From contig JAKSOR010000003.1 of NCBI GenBank assembly GCA_024405515.1, positions 5,655 to 69,654 on the forward strand: a stretch of 64,000 bases of DNA. Reading direction: 5' to 3'. A program made the position numbers and the translations under genes. Below are positions 1 through 8,404 of the stretch, one piece after another (positions within the stretch are counted from its first letter, which is position 1; the number at the start of each line of letters is the position of its first letter). The notes under the pieces are model-generated. The model saw only the letters and a program-made list of their open reading frames with translations. It ran no database searches and was not told the DNA's origin. This DNA comes from Clostridia bacterium. Its GTDB lineage: Bacteria > Bacillota > Clostridia > Christensenellales > CAG-917.

Positions 1-1
1 A

Positions 2-1168
2 GCGTTATCTGAAGCTAGTAACACTGGCGTTGATGAATCTGGAAGTTTCAGCTTTTCATATACTGCAGAAAAAATCACTCTGAGCACAGGTTCAAAACTC
101 GGAGAACCAAAAAATAAATGTGTTGAGGGCGGATATACTGTAGAACAGGCAAATGTATTAGTAAGATACGACAAGAGTGCAACTCTTGACAGAGCATCTT
201 TACCGGTAGATTCATTTGCCGAAACAATGAAAGTATCCAATAGTAACCAGCTTTTCCGTGCAGTTTCCTGGGGATATAAACCTGTAATAGATCCTTCAGA
301 TACTGAACTCAAAGCGTTATATCAGAAAGCAAGAAATGTCCTTCTTACATACTGCGAAGATGAGATGAGTGACCTTGAAAAAGTTAAGGTTATTTATGAC
401 TGGATTGTAACAAATGTTGATTATGATACCGGTACACTGAATTCCGTTCTTCCGGACAGAACAGATTATAATGCATTCTATCTTGAAGGAGTTTTTAACG
501 ATAACCTTGCCGTATGCGATGGAAAGTCCAAAGCGTTTGCCCTTCTTTGCGGAATGGAAGGAATCAAATCGGAAAGAATAATGGGATATGCCGATAAACA
601 GCTCGGAGTCAAAAAAGCATTATGGTTAGCCGGAACATTTACGGAAGAAGAAAAAAGTGCTTTATCAACTCTGAAGAGCGGAACACCTGCAACCGCTTTT
701 GAAATGGGCAAATTAATGGCGGCTTACGGATGGGGACATGCCTGGAATAAGGTGCTGCTCGATGCGGACGGCGACGGAATAAGAGAGTGGTATGTTATAG
801 ACGTAACATGGGGAGATGTTTCAACGGGAGATTCTTTTGAGAAGACAGAATATCTCTCATACGACTATTTCCTTGTAACAGATGAGGACGTGGAAGGCAA
901 TCATTTCAGTAATCAGATGCAGTGTGCAGCAGAAACTGAGTATAATCCGTATATAAACGAAAGTATCAGTCATTCGGGCAGCACAATCCTTCTTGATGTT
1001 GCAACTCAGGCTCAGTATATAGAGATCGCAAATTACTGTAAATCAAATCCGGGATTATATGTTCCTGTCAAACTCGGTGCATCAGTAAATCCAGCAACCG
1101 GAATAAGTGGTGTAAGTTATCTTACTTTTAATGCCGGTTCAAGAATATATTACATATTAGCGGCATAA
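2..1168 (+). CDS. transglutaminase-like (Cys-His-Asp core) domain protein, 5' end outside window
   Basis: The frame of the 227..1168 ORF stays open with no stop back to nt 2, so the CDS enters from upstream. Motifs CDGKSKAFALLCGMEG (Cys), GHAWNKVL (His) and VIDVTWGD (Asp) occur in the order of the transglutaminase-core triad. Confidence 0.7.
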   Translation, partial: ALSEASNTGVDESGSFSFSYTAEKITLSTGSKLGEPKNKCVEGGYTVEQANVLVRYDKSATLDRASLPVDSFAETMKVSNSNQLFRAVSWGYKPVIDPSDTELKALYQKARNVLLTYCEDEMSDLEKVKVIYDWIVTNVDYDTGTLNSVLPDRTDYNAFYLEGVFNDNLAVCDGKSKAFALLCGMEGIKSERIMGYADKQLGVKKALWLAGTFTEEEKSALSTLKSGTPATAFEMGKLMAAYGWGHAWNKVLLDADGDGIREWYVIDVTWGDVSTGDSFEKTEYLSYDYFLVTDEDVEGNHFSNQMQCAAETEYNPYINESISHSGSTILLDVATQAQYIEIANYCKSNPGLYVPVKLGASVNPATGISGVSYLTFNAGSRIYYILAA

Positions 1169-1186
1169 TAAAACCAGTGTAATAGA

Positions 1187-1214
1187 AAAGGCGCATTCAT
1201 CAGAGTGCGCCTTT
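1187..1214. terminator. bidirectional hairpin terminator between convergent genes
   Basis: aaaggcgca (1187-1195) and tgcgccttt (1206-1214) form a perfect 9-bp stem with a 10-nt loop. A/T tracts at the stem ends would serve both strands. Confidence 0.7.
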
Positions 1215-1234
1215 AGTATATTAATTATTAACAA

Positions 1235-2014
1235 TTATTTCTTTTTCTTCATTGACTTGAGGAAGAATATTGAGAAAATAAACTGTAATGCTGCAATTCC
1301 GACTGCAATGAATACTCCGTATGCCTGTGCTTCAAGGACATTTGCTAAATATGCCTGAAGTGAAATGCTGAGAAGGTCAGGATAGAGTGCAATTCCTACG
1401 ATTCCGTATGTAATACCGATTGCGAAGATAAGGTTGAAGATTCTTCCGTACTTCTTTCCGAAGAGTGCAATTAATGCAACGAGGAAATCAATAGCAATAA
1501 ATACTAATGCGATTGCAGGGAGAATTGATGTGATTCCATTAAGGAAACTTGTTGCGAATAAGCCTTTGAATGCTTCGAAATCATTGATTGCATCAGCAAT
1601 AACTCCGATTCCGTTGAAACGCTCGAAACCTCCGCAGAACGGGATGCTTACTCCGAGATATGCTATAACGTTGATTGCAATTAATAATGCAGAGAAGATA
1701 AGCATAAAGATATTTCTGATTGCACCGGATTTCTTTTCTGCTGCAACTTTCTCTTTCTTTTTCTTCTTTGATTTTTCCTCTTCTTTTGGTTCAACAGCTG
1801 TTCCCACTGGAATTGGTGTTTCAGGTGTGACTGCAAATTCATTCTGTGGTGTGAAGGATGTTACAGTGCTTTCCTGTTTAGGTATTTTAACGCCGATAGT
1901 TACACCGCAGCTTGGGCATTTGATCTTATGTTTATATCCATCAGGAAGATTTGCCATGTTCGCTGGTGGTTCAAAACTGATTTCAGATCTGCAACTTGGA
2001 CATTTTGTGTACAT
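1235..2014 (-). CDS. membrane protein with N-terminal zinc ribbon, Lys/Glu-rich linker and C-terminal 4-TM domain
   Basis: N-terminus has CPSC..(25 aa)..CPSCG, then EEEKSKKKKKEK, then four hydrophobic helices. The TM domain shares LFGKKYGRIF with LIFGKYPRAFF of the 32335..33183 protein. Confidence 0.6.
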   Translation of the reverse strand: MYTKCPSCRSEISFEPPANMANLPDGYKHKIKCPSCGVTIGVKIPKQESTVTSFTPQNEFAVTPETPIPVGTAVEPKEEEKSKKKKKEKVAAEKKSGAIRNIFMLIFSALLIAINVIAYLGVSIPFCGGFERFNGIGVIADAINDFEAFKGLFATSFLNGITSILPAIALVFIAIDFLVALIALFGKKYGRIFNLIFAIGITYGIVGIALYPDLLSISLQAYLANVLEAQAYGVFIAVGIAALQFIFSIFFLKSMKKKK

Positions 2015-2202
2015 AGTGAGCTCCTTTTATCTAAATTAATATTAGTACAAACATTATATTCTTTGATTACCCCAAAGTCAATTGTACTTTTGTTTTTGCA
2101 TCTCCATTCTACATCTATGAGTATGACAAGTTAGGGACACAATATGTATGGTATTTTGAGATTTTTCTTGCTATTTTTGACATGTTCGTATAATATTTTT
2201 GT

Positions 2203-2350
2203 GTAGGGTGCAGAAATAAATTTCTGATAATCGGGAAGACGGTGCAAATCCGTCACAGCCCCCGCTACTGTGAGTTTTAAATGCGATACGTCACCGAGAG
2301 GGAAGACACGCAGCTGGGAAATCAGTAACAAGCCAGGATACCGGCCCACA
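2203..2350 (+). promoter_or_regulatory. cobalamin (B12) riboswitch aptamer
   Basis: gggaagacggtgcaaatccgtcacagcccccgctactgtgag (2233-2274) matches the conserved GGGAA..GGTG.AA.TCC...CCCGC.ACTGT core. agccaggataccggcc (2331-2346) matches the B12 box. It sits directly 5' of a lipoprotein / ECF S-component pair. Confidence 0.85.
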
Positions 2351-2370
2351 AAAATATTTGTCTGTCATTC

Positions 2371-2433
2371 GGGAGGAGCGACTGTGTGTTTTATGTGCAT
2401 GAATCTCCCTTTGACAAAACGGGAGGTTTTTTT
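2371..2433 (+). promoter_or_regulatory. riboswitch expression platform (SD-sequestering hairpin or weak terminator)
   Basis: ctccc (2405-2409) can pair with the SD gggag (2421-2425, followed by 7 T) or with an upstream gggag (2371-2375). These are alternative pairings typical of a switch. Confidence 0.45.
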
Positions 2434-2892
2434 ATGACAAAGAAAAAATTATTAGTAGTGGCATTTGTTTTGGTGCTAATTGTTTCCGTGGTTATCTTAA
2501 CTGCATGTAATTTGAAAGACCTTGGGAAACCTGATCCTCAGTCAGGAGAAAAGTCCATAAAAATTGTTATTGGTGCCGACATTTATTCTGTCCAGACAGA
2601 CCTGGAATATGTTCATCAGGTTTTGGTCGATCTTGCATCAGAAAAGGACTTTTCCTACACATATTCTGAGGGAGGATATGGTGTGTCTGTGATGGGATTA
2701 AAAGATCTGAAAACATCATCTGACTGGACATCATGGATATCACTTTATCACGATATTAACGATATTACTTTAATAGATACTTACGGTACTCATATGTATG
2801 AAGGAGAGAGTTATTTTATGTCTCTGGTAAGCGTTGACAAACTTCCTGTAATTGATGGCAGTACGTATTTGTTTGTTCAGGAACAACTGTAA
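2434..2892 (+). CDS. lipoprotein, DUF4430-like (transcobalamin-like B12-binding fold suspected)
   Basis: ATG at 2434 follows the gggagg SD; the ORF-track start at 2386 lies inside the riboswitch platform. Signal peptide with lipobox LTAC. Call is based on B12 riboswitch control and the GGYGVSVMGL...WISLYHDIN region. Confidence 0.5.
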   Translation: MTKKKLLVVAFVLVLIVSVVILTACNLKDLGKPDPQSGEKSIKIVIGADIYSVQTDLEYVHQVLVDLASEKDFSYTYSEGGYGVSVMGLKDLKTSSDWTSWISLYHDINDITLIDTYGTHMYEGESYFMSLVSVDKLPVIDGSTYLFVQEQL

Positions 2893-2937
2893 TAAAAGCA
2901 GGTTTATACATTATAATTCGGTTGGTAAACTGCCTGT

Positions 2938-3540
2938 ATGGTAAATAAGCGTGTGAAACTTACATCGGCATATATAGCCAGGGTTGCACTTATGGCGGCG
3001 CTCTTGACAACTCTGAAACTGGCGTTTTCTTTTATCCCCAATGTGGAGGTGGTAACGCTTCTTATTCTTGTTTTTTCATCCTCATTCGGGTTGATTTATT
3101 CCTTGCCCGCAACGTTGATTTTCTGTCTTACGGAAATGCTTTTTTACGGGTTTAATTCCTGGGTGATTCTGTATTTTGTTTACTGGCCTCTCCTTGCTGT
3201 AATTTCTGCAGTTCTGCTTAAAAGAAAGAACGTTGCGGTGGCAGTTATTATTTCTGCGTTTCTTTCTTTTGTTTTTGGCGTGCTTTCAGCCTGTGCTGAT
3301 ACACTTTTCTGTGTTATGAAACTTTCCGGCCCGGATCTTGCCAAATATTTCGCGGCCTATTATTTAAGAGGTCTTTATTTCGATGTGATACATATTGTCT
3401 CCTCCTCGGTTATAGTTCTTGTGCTTTTCAGACCACTGACTGCCGTTTGCAGAAAAGTAATGCCAAAACCATATAATTCGGTTGTTACATCCGAAAGAAG
3501 ACTGATTAATTCGGATTATGAGTATATACGTGAAAAGTAG
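2938..3540 (+). CDS. ECF transporter S-component (CbrT-like, B12-riboswitch controlled)
   Basis: 200 aa with about six TM helices, the size and topology of ECF S-components. It sits downstream of the cobalamin riboswitch, and an ecfA1A2T module is at 24916-27447. Confidence 0.55.
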   Translation: MVNKRVKLTSAYIARVALMAALLTTLKLAFSFIPNVEVVTLLILVFSSSFGLIYSLPATLIFCLTEMLFYGFNSWVILYFVYWPLLAVISAVLLKRKNVAVAVIISAFLSFVFGVLSACADTLFCVMKLSGPDLAKYFAAYYLRGLYFDVIHIVSSSVIVLVLFRPLTAVCRKVMPKPYNSVVTSERRLINSDYEYIREK

Positions 3541-3543
3541 TGT

Positions 3544-3572
3544 TTGACACTGACTGCCGTTTTCTTTAGAAT
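3544..3572 (+). promoter_or_regulatory. sigma-70-type promoter candidate
   Basis: TTGACA (3544-3549), 17-nt spacer, TAGAAT (3567-3572), in the gap upstream of the 3652 CDS. Confidence 0.5.
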
Positions 3573-3651
3573 AATTATATTAATATAATTACGGAAGGAT
3601 GCATTTACGGACAATTTAACCGGCAAAGATACCCCATTATATAAATTACCT

Positions 3652-4872
3652 ATGGATTTCGCTTCGAGATTCTATCCTATCTATGCTACAAGAAAAGCAC
3701 AGAGCCTTTTCTGTATCGGGGCTGAAATGAGTGACGAGGTAGACCCGGTAATTTTATGTGATGCCGTAAACGAAACGGTTAAACAGTTCCCGTCGTTTAA
3801 AGTTTCCCTTAAAAAAGGATTTGCCTGGTATTATTTCCTTGAAAACAGAAACAGGGCGGAAGTGTATGAGCATGATAACACATACCTTCATCCGATTAGG
3901 AAAAAAGACTGCAACGGATTCATGTTCAAGTTTTCATATGAAGGCAAATATATAGAAATGATGATTTTTCACGGACTTACTGACGGAACCGGTGCATATG
4001 TATTTTTCCAGGCAGTTCTGAAAAAGTACCGTGAGCTTCAGGGAATTAATTTTGCGGGCAAAAAGTTTCCTTTCGACGGAGTGATAGATTTTTCTAATAC
4101 AGAAGACGGCATACTGAAATATGCCAAACCGGTACGCATTAAAGATATTCATCTAAAAAGTGTAGCCGGTGCCAAACCTAATCTTCTAAAAGGCACTCCT
4201 ATTAAAGGTGACCATGAAACCATTATCTGCAGAGCGAATGCAAACGAGATCATGGCACTTGCAAAAGCAGAAAAGGTATCATTTACTGCTTATATTGCAG
4301 GGGTTCTTTGTTATACATGTGAAAAGGTGTCAAAGAGTAAAAATCCTGTTGCCATGATGATCCCTATTAATCTCAGGAATTTCTTCCCGACAAACACTTC
4401 CCGTAACTTTGTTACGTTCATAAGAATAGTAATAAAACCTGGAATGTTTTCCACTCTTGAAGAATATGTCAGGGAAGCCCAGAGGCAAATAAAAGAAAAA
4501 GCAACTAAAGAGCAGCTCGAACCAATGCTTTCAACAACGTTTAAGGGACAGAATAATTTTCTCGTAAAGATAGTTCCTGTAACACTGAAAAAAATTCTGT
4601 TTAAGATAGGCAGGGTTTTTATGAAGTCCCGTCAGACAATGATTTACAGTAATCTGGGGATACTTGACCTTCCTGATGGTATGAATGTTGATAAATTCAG
4701 ATTTCTGATGAATGCATCAAAAAATAATACCCACAATATGGGGTCCATCACAAAAGACGGGTTTGCAGAATTTTCTTTTGTAAAATCAGTCAAGGAAATG
4801 ACACTTATAAATACATTTATCGAAACATTAAGAGCACATAAAATTGATGTGCGAATTGATGAAACGTGGTAA
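3652..4872 (+). CDS. HxxxD-motif acyltransferase (condensation / CAT-like superfamily), function unknown
   Basis: MMIFHGLTDGTGAYVF contains the H-x-x-x-D-G catalytic motif of the condensation-domain / alcohol acyltransferase / PapA5-type superfamily. About 400 aa is typical for stand-alone members. No obvious SD. Confidence 0.45.
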   Translation: MDFASRFYPIYATRKAQSLFCIGAEMSDEVDPVILCDAVNETVKQFPSFKVSLKKGFAWYYFLENRNRAEVYEHDNTYLHPIRKKDCNGFMFKFSYEGKYIEMMIFHGLTDGTGAYVFFQAVLKKYRELQGINFAGKKFPFDGVIDFSNTEDGILKYAKPVRIKDIHLKSVAGAKPNLLKGTPIKGDHETIICRANANEIMALAKAEKVSFTAYIAGVLCYTCEKVSKSKNPVAMMIPINLRNFFPTNTSRNFVTFIRIVIKPGMFSTLEEYVREAQRQIKEKATKEQLEPMLSTTFKGQNNFLVKIVPVTLKKILFKIGRVFMKSRQTMIYSNLGILDLPDGMNVDKFRFLMNASKNNTHNMGSITKDGFAEFSFVKSVKEMTLINTFIETLRAHKIDVRIDETW

Positions 4873-4903
4873 TATATCTAAACAGAAAAACTAGAGGTAC
4901 AAA

Positions 4904-6694
4904 ATGAAAAAACTTACTTCTGAAGAATTGAGAAAAATCTATCTGGATTTTTACAAATCCAAAAACCATGCTGTAATAGGTGCAGCATCTTTAATTCCGG
5001 AAAACGATCCGACTGTATTATTCACAACAGCCGGAATGCATCCGCTTGTTCCGTATCTTCTCGGAGAAAAGCATCCGGCAGGCAACCGTCTTACCGATGT
5101 TCAGATTTGTGTAAGAACAGGTGATATTGATGAAGTCGGAGATGCTTCTCACTGCACATTCTTTGAAATGCTCGGAAGATGGTCTCTCGGAGATTATTTC
5201 AAAAAGGACACAATAGCATGGTCTTATGATTTTCTGTTAAACTATCTTGAATTTGACAAAGATAAATTTGCTGTCACGGTTTTTGCCGGAGATGATGACT
5301 GTCCGAGGGATGATGAAAGTGCATCATACTGGAAGGAACAGGGAATTTCTGAAGACAAAATCTTTTTCTGTAACAAAAAGCATAACTGGTGGGGACCGGC
5401 CGGAATTACAGGCCCGTGTGGACCTGATACGGAAATGTTTATCGATACAGGCAAACCTAAATGCTCTGATGACTGTTCACCGGCATGTGACTGCGGAAAA
5501 TATCTTGAAATCGGAAACGATGTATTCATGCAGTATTTTAAAGAGACAGATGGCACTCTCAGTCCTCTGAAACAGAAAAACGTTGATGAAGGTATGGGAC
5601 TTGAAAGAATGCTTTGCATTCTTAATGGATATAAATCAGTATACGAGACCGACCTGTTCAGCTTTGCAATAGAAAAACTTGAGGAGCTCAGCGGAAAGAA
5701 ATACGGGGAAGATGAGGATATGACAGTGGCAATGAGAATAATTGCCGACCATACAAGAACAGCCACATTCCTTCTCGGTGATATCAAAGCTGTTTCTCCG
5801 TCAAATGTTGATCAGGGTTATGTCCTCAGAAGACTTATCAGAAGAGCGATGAGATACTGCAGAACTCTCGGCATTGATGATACAGCTCTTGTTGAACTTG
5901 CAAAACTTTATGTCAAAAAATATGAAAATGCATATCCGCATATCAAAGACAATGAGGAAAGAATTGTAAGTGAACTTGAACAGGAAAGAGATAAATTTGC
6001 AAAGACAATTGAACAGGGCCTCAAAGAATTTGACAAAATTCTTGCACATCTCCCTGAAGGAATGACAGTATTCCCGGGAAAGACAGCCTTCAGACTTTAT
6101 GATACTTTCGGATTCCCGATTGAAATGACAGAGGAAATTGTAAAGGAAAAGGGATATTCACTAGACCGTGAAGGATATGACAAAGCTTTCCAGGCTCATC
6201 AGGAATTATCAAAAGCAGGAGCAGAACAGAAATTCAAGGGCGGACTTGCAGACGGCGGAGAACTTACCGCAAGACTACACAGTGCAACACATCTTATGAA
6301 TGCTGCATTAAAAATTGTTCTTAATGATAACGGCATTCAGCAGAGAGGAAGCAATATCACCGCAGAGAGACTGCGTTTTGACTTCAATTTCCCGCGTCCT
6401 CTTACCGAAGAAGAGATTAAGAAAGTTGAGGATATTGTAAACGAGGAAATCAAAAAAGGCAGCGAAGTCAAACTTGAGGAGATGTCTGTTGCACAGGCAA
6501 AAGAGCAGGGTGCAGTAGGTGTGTTTGATAACAAGTACGGTGATGTCGTTAAGGTTTACACAATCGGTATCTCCAAAGAAATATGCGGCGGACCGCACTG
6601 CAAAAACACATCTGAACTCGGTACGTTCAAAATTATAAAAGAGCAGTCTTCCTCGGCAGGCGTAAGAAGAATCAAAGCTGTGTTAGAGTACTAA
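4904..6694 (+). CDS. alaS: alanine--tRNA ligase, short form (596 aa, no C-Ala domain)
   Basis: N-terminus has FTTAGMHPLVPYLLG, FFEMLGRWSLGDYFK and GMGLERM, all AlaRS catalytic-domain signatures. Editing Zn motifs are HSATH (aa 459-463) and CGGPH (aa 561-565). Confidence 0.85.
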   Translation: MKKLTSEELRKIYLDFYKSKNHAVIGAASLIPENDPTVLFTTAGMHPLVPYLLGEKHPAGNRLTDVQICVRTGDIDEVGDASHCTFFEMLGRWSLGDYFKKDTIAWSYDFLLNYLEFDKDKFAVTVFAGDDDCPRDDESASYWKEQGISEDKIFFCNKKHNWWGPAGITGPCGPDTEMFIDTGKPKCSDDCSPACDCGKYLEIGNDVFMQYFKETDGTLSPLKQKNVDEGMGLERMLCILNGYKSVYETDLFSFAIEKLEELSGKKYGEDEDMTVAMRIIADHTRTATFLLGDIKAVSPSNVDQGYVLRRLIRRAMRYCRTLGIDDTALVELAKLYVKKYENAYPHIKDNEERIVSELEQERDKFAKTIEQGLKEFDKILAHLPEGMTVFPGKTAFRLYDTFGFPIEMTEEIVKEKGYSLDREGYDKAFQAHQELSKAGAEQKFKGGLADGGELTARLHSATHLMNAALKIVLNDNGIQQRGSNITAERLRFDFNFPRPLTEEEIKKVEDIVNEEIKKGSEVKLEEMSVAQAKEQGAVGVFDNKYGDVVKVYTIGISKEICGGPHCKNTSELGTFKIIKEQSSSAGVRRIKAVLEY

Positions 6695-6695
6695 A

Positions 6696-7517
6696 ATGAG
6701 ATACTGCGATTCACATGTGCATTCATTAAACTCACACGACGGACATATTTCGCTCGGCGAGATTGTTGCTATAGCCAAAGAGAAAGGTCTTGAGTATTTA
6801 TCGATTACTGATCACTGTGATTATGATTTTGAATTCGGCGGATGTTCGGCACCGGTTAAGTGGGGATCTCTGAATATTGACAAGTATTACGAAAACTACA
6901 AAAACGAAAAAAAGAAGCTTGATGCAGACAAAACCAACACTTTAAACCTTTGTTTCGGAATTGAGGCAGCATTCTGCGATGAACAGGAATGCTATAAAAA
7001 TTATCAGGAAACGATAGCAAAATATCCGTTTGATGTGATTATCAATTCCGTTCACTGCGTTAATAAAAAGGATGTTTATTTCAAATCGGCATTCCTTTTC
7101 AAGAAGAAAGAACAGGTTTACGGGGATTATCTTGACACCATTTTAAAGAGTTTAGATGCTCCGTACCAGTATGAGATAGTTGCCCATATCGGTTACATTG
7201 CTCACGGTGCTCCGTATAAGGACAGATTTATAAGATATGCTGATTTTCCGGACAAAATAGATGCCATACTTAAAGGCATAATTGAAAGAGGAAAAGTCCT
7301 TGAGGTAAATTTCCATCATGAAATGAATCCTCCGAGAGATATCATTGAGAGATACTATCAGCTTGGTGGAAGAAAAGTCAGTTACGGAAGTGACGCACAC
7401 AGGGGAGATATCTGTAAAGAATATGAGAATGTCAGCAATATGCTAAGGGAAATAGGATTTACACACTACTCTGTTTTTGTGCAGCATAAAGAGATTCTTA
7501 TTCCTATCGGTGAATAA
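6696..7517 (+). CDS. PHP-family phosphoesterase (histidinol-phosphatase HisJ-like)
   Basis: N-terminal CDSHVHS..HDG, ITDHCD and a C-terminal SDAH are PHP metal-binding motifs. About 270 aa. Starts 2 nt after the alaS stop. Confidence 0.6.
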   Translation: MRYCDSHVHSLNSHDGHISLGEIVAIAKEKGLEYLSITDHCDYDFEFGGCSAPVKWGSLNIDKYYENYKNEKKKLDADKTNTLNLCFGIEAAFCDEQECYKNYQETIAKYPFDVIINSVHCVNKKDVYFKSAFLFKKKEQVYGDYLDTILKSLDAPYQYEIVAHIGYIAHGAPYKDRFIRYADFPDKIDAILKGIIERGKVLEVNFHHEMNPPRDIIERYYQLGGRKVSYGSDAHRGDICKEYENVSNMLREIGFTHYSVFVQHKEILIPIGE

Positions 7518-7523
7518 TTTATC

Positions 7524-7552
7524 TTGACTTAATATATTAAATTAACTATTAT
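7524..7552 (+). promoter_or_regulatory. promoter candidate
   Basis: TTGACT (7524-7529), 17-nt spacer, TATTAT (7547-7552). Confidence 0.4.
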
Positions 7553-7601
7553 AATTAGACATAACATTTGTGCGCACTGGAATGTGCGCGAAGGTGGGAT
7601 T

Positions 7602-8390
7602 ATGAAAAAGAATTTGGAGAAAATTTTTGCATCAGCAAGTGTTGTTGTAGCAGTTATCCTCATTATGGTTCTTCTTGTTACCGCATTCGGCGGAATCACA
7701 ACGGAAGAATTCCAGACCAAACTTGTTCAGGGATTACTCGTAACACTTTCAATTATCTATATTGTGCTTTCTATTATCACACTAGTTCTTGCTTTTATTG
7801 CATCAGATGCATTAAAAGAAATCACAATCAGATCAGAACAGGCCGGTTCTGTACGTATTACTGTTAGCGTTATTAACAAATTCGTTAAGAAGGCATGTGC
7901 CGAAATAGAAGGAGTTAAGTGCCAGAAAGTTGCAATCGTTGCAGATGATTACGGCGTAAGATTAAAAGTCAACGTAAGAATCGTTGATAAAGATGTTATC
8001 GAAGTGGAAACATATTTAAGAACTCTCCTTGAAGACCTCTTCAAGGGCGAATTCGGATTCAAGTTCCACTCAATTGAAATCAAAGTCACACAGCTTGCTC
8101 CTAAGTACAAAGCAGATGCTGCAGAAATTGAAGCAAAAGTTGCAAAGAAACTTGATGAAATGAAGGATACAGAAGTACAGGAAGCATCCGCAGATACAGG
8201 TGCTGATGAGGCTCCTGCAGCAGAGACGGTTGAAGAAATCCCTGCAGAAGAACCGACAGCAGATGTAGTCGCAGAAGAGGAAACTCCTGAGGCAGAGGCA
8301 GTTGCTGAAACTGAAGAAATTGCAGAGGCTGAAGAAGCAGTGGAAGCTGCTGAAGAGACTCCAGCAGAAGAAATCAAAGACGAAGAATAA
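7602..8390 (+). CDS. Asp23/Gls24-family domain protein with N-terminal TM anchor (AmaP-like) and acidic low-complexity tail
   Basis: ATG at 7602 is preceded by aaggtggg. Two N-terminal TM helices, then GSVRITVSVINKFVKKACAEIEGV...VNVRIV...IEIKVTQL, the Asp23-like pattern. The last ~80 aa are rich in E, A and T. Confidence 0.5.
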   Translation: MKKNLEKIFASASVVVAVILIMVLLVTAFGGITTEEFQTKLVQGLLVTLSIIYIVLSIITLVLAFIASDALKEITIRSEQAGSVRITVSVINKFVKKACAEIEGVKCQKVAIVADDYGVRLKVNVRIVDKDVIEVETYLRTLLEDLFKGEFGFKFHSIEIKVTQLAPKYKADAAEIEAKVAKKLDEMKDTEVQEASADTGADEAPAAETVEEIPAEEPTADVVAEEETPEAEAVAETEEIAEAEEAVEAAEETPAEEIKDEE

Positions 8391-8404
8391 TTCCGGAGGA
8401 ATAT

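Noticed and set aside
2177-2194. TTGACA (2177-2182) and TATAAT (2189-2194) upstream of the riboswitch as a promoter.
   Set aside because: The spacer is only 6 nt, so the two hexamers cannot act together. TATAAT may instead pair with ttgcta (2168-2173, 15-nt spacer), but that is weak, so I did not annotate a promoter.
2131-2349. 72-aa minus-strand ORF from the ORF track.
   Set aside because: It lies entirely over the cobalamin riboswitch aptamer on the opposite strand. It has no SD and its composition is implausible for a protein.
5242-5787. Long antisense or alternative-frame ORFs inside well-supported genes. Examples are 5242..5787, 1434..2039, 7949..8377, 26141..26545, 43769..44164, 54426..54923 and 60120..60809.
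   Set aside because: Each is embedded in a CDS with strong family motifs on the other strand or frame. Their translations are low-complexity (Ser/Ile/Phe/Cys-rich) and lack SDs. This is typical shadow-ORF behaviour in biased-composition DNA.
8180-8390. Repetitive-looking GAA/GCA/GAG-rich DNA at the 3' end of the Asp23-like gene.
   Set aside because: It is a low-complexity acidic (E/A/T) protein tail in frame with the CDS. It is not a spaced repeat array, CRISPR or satellite.
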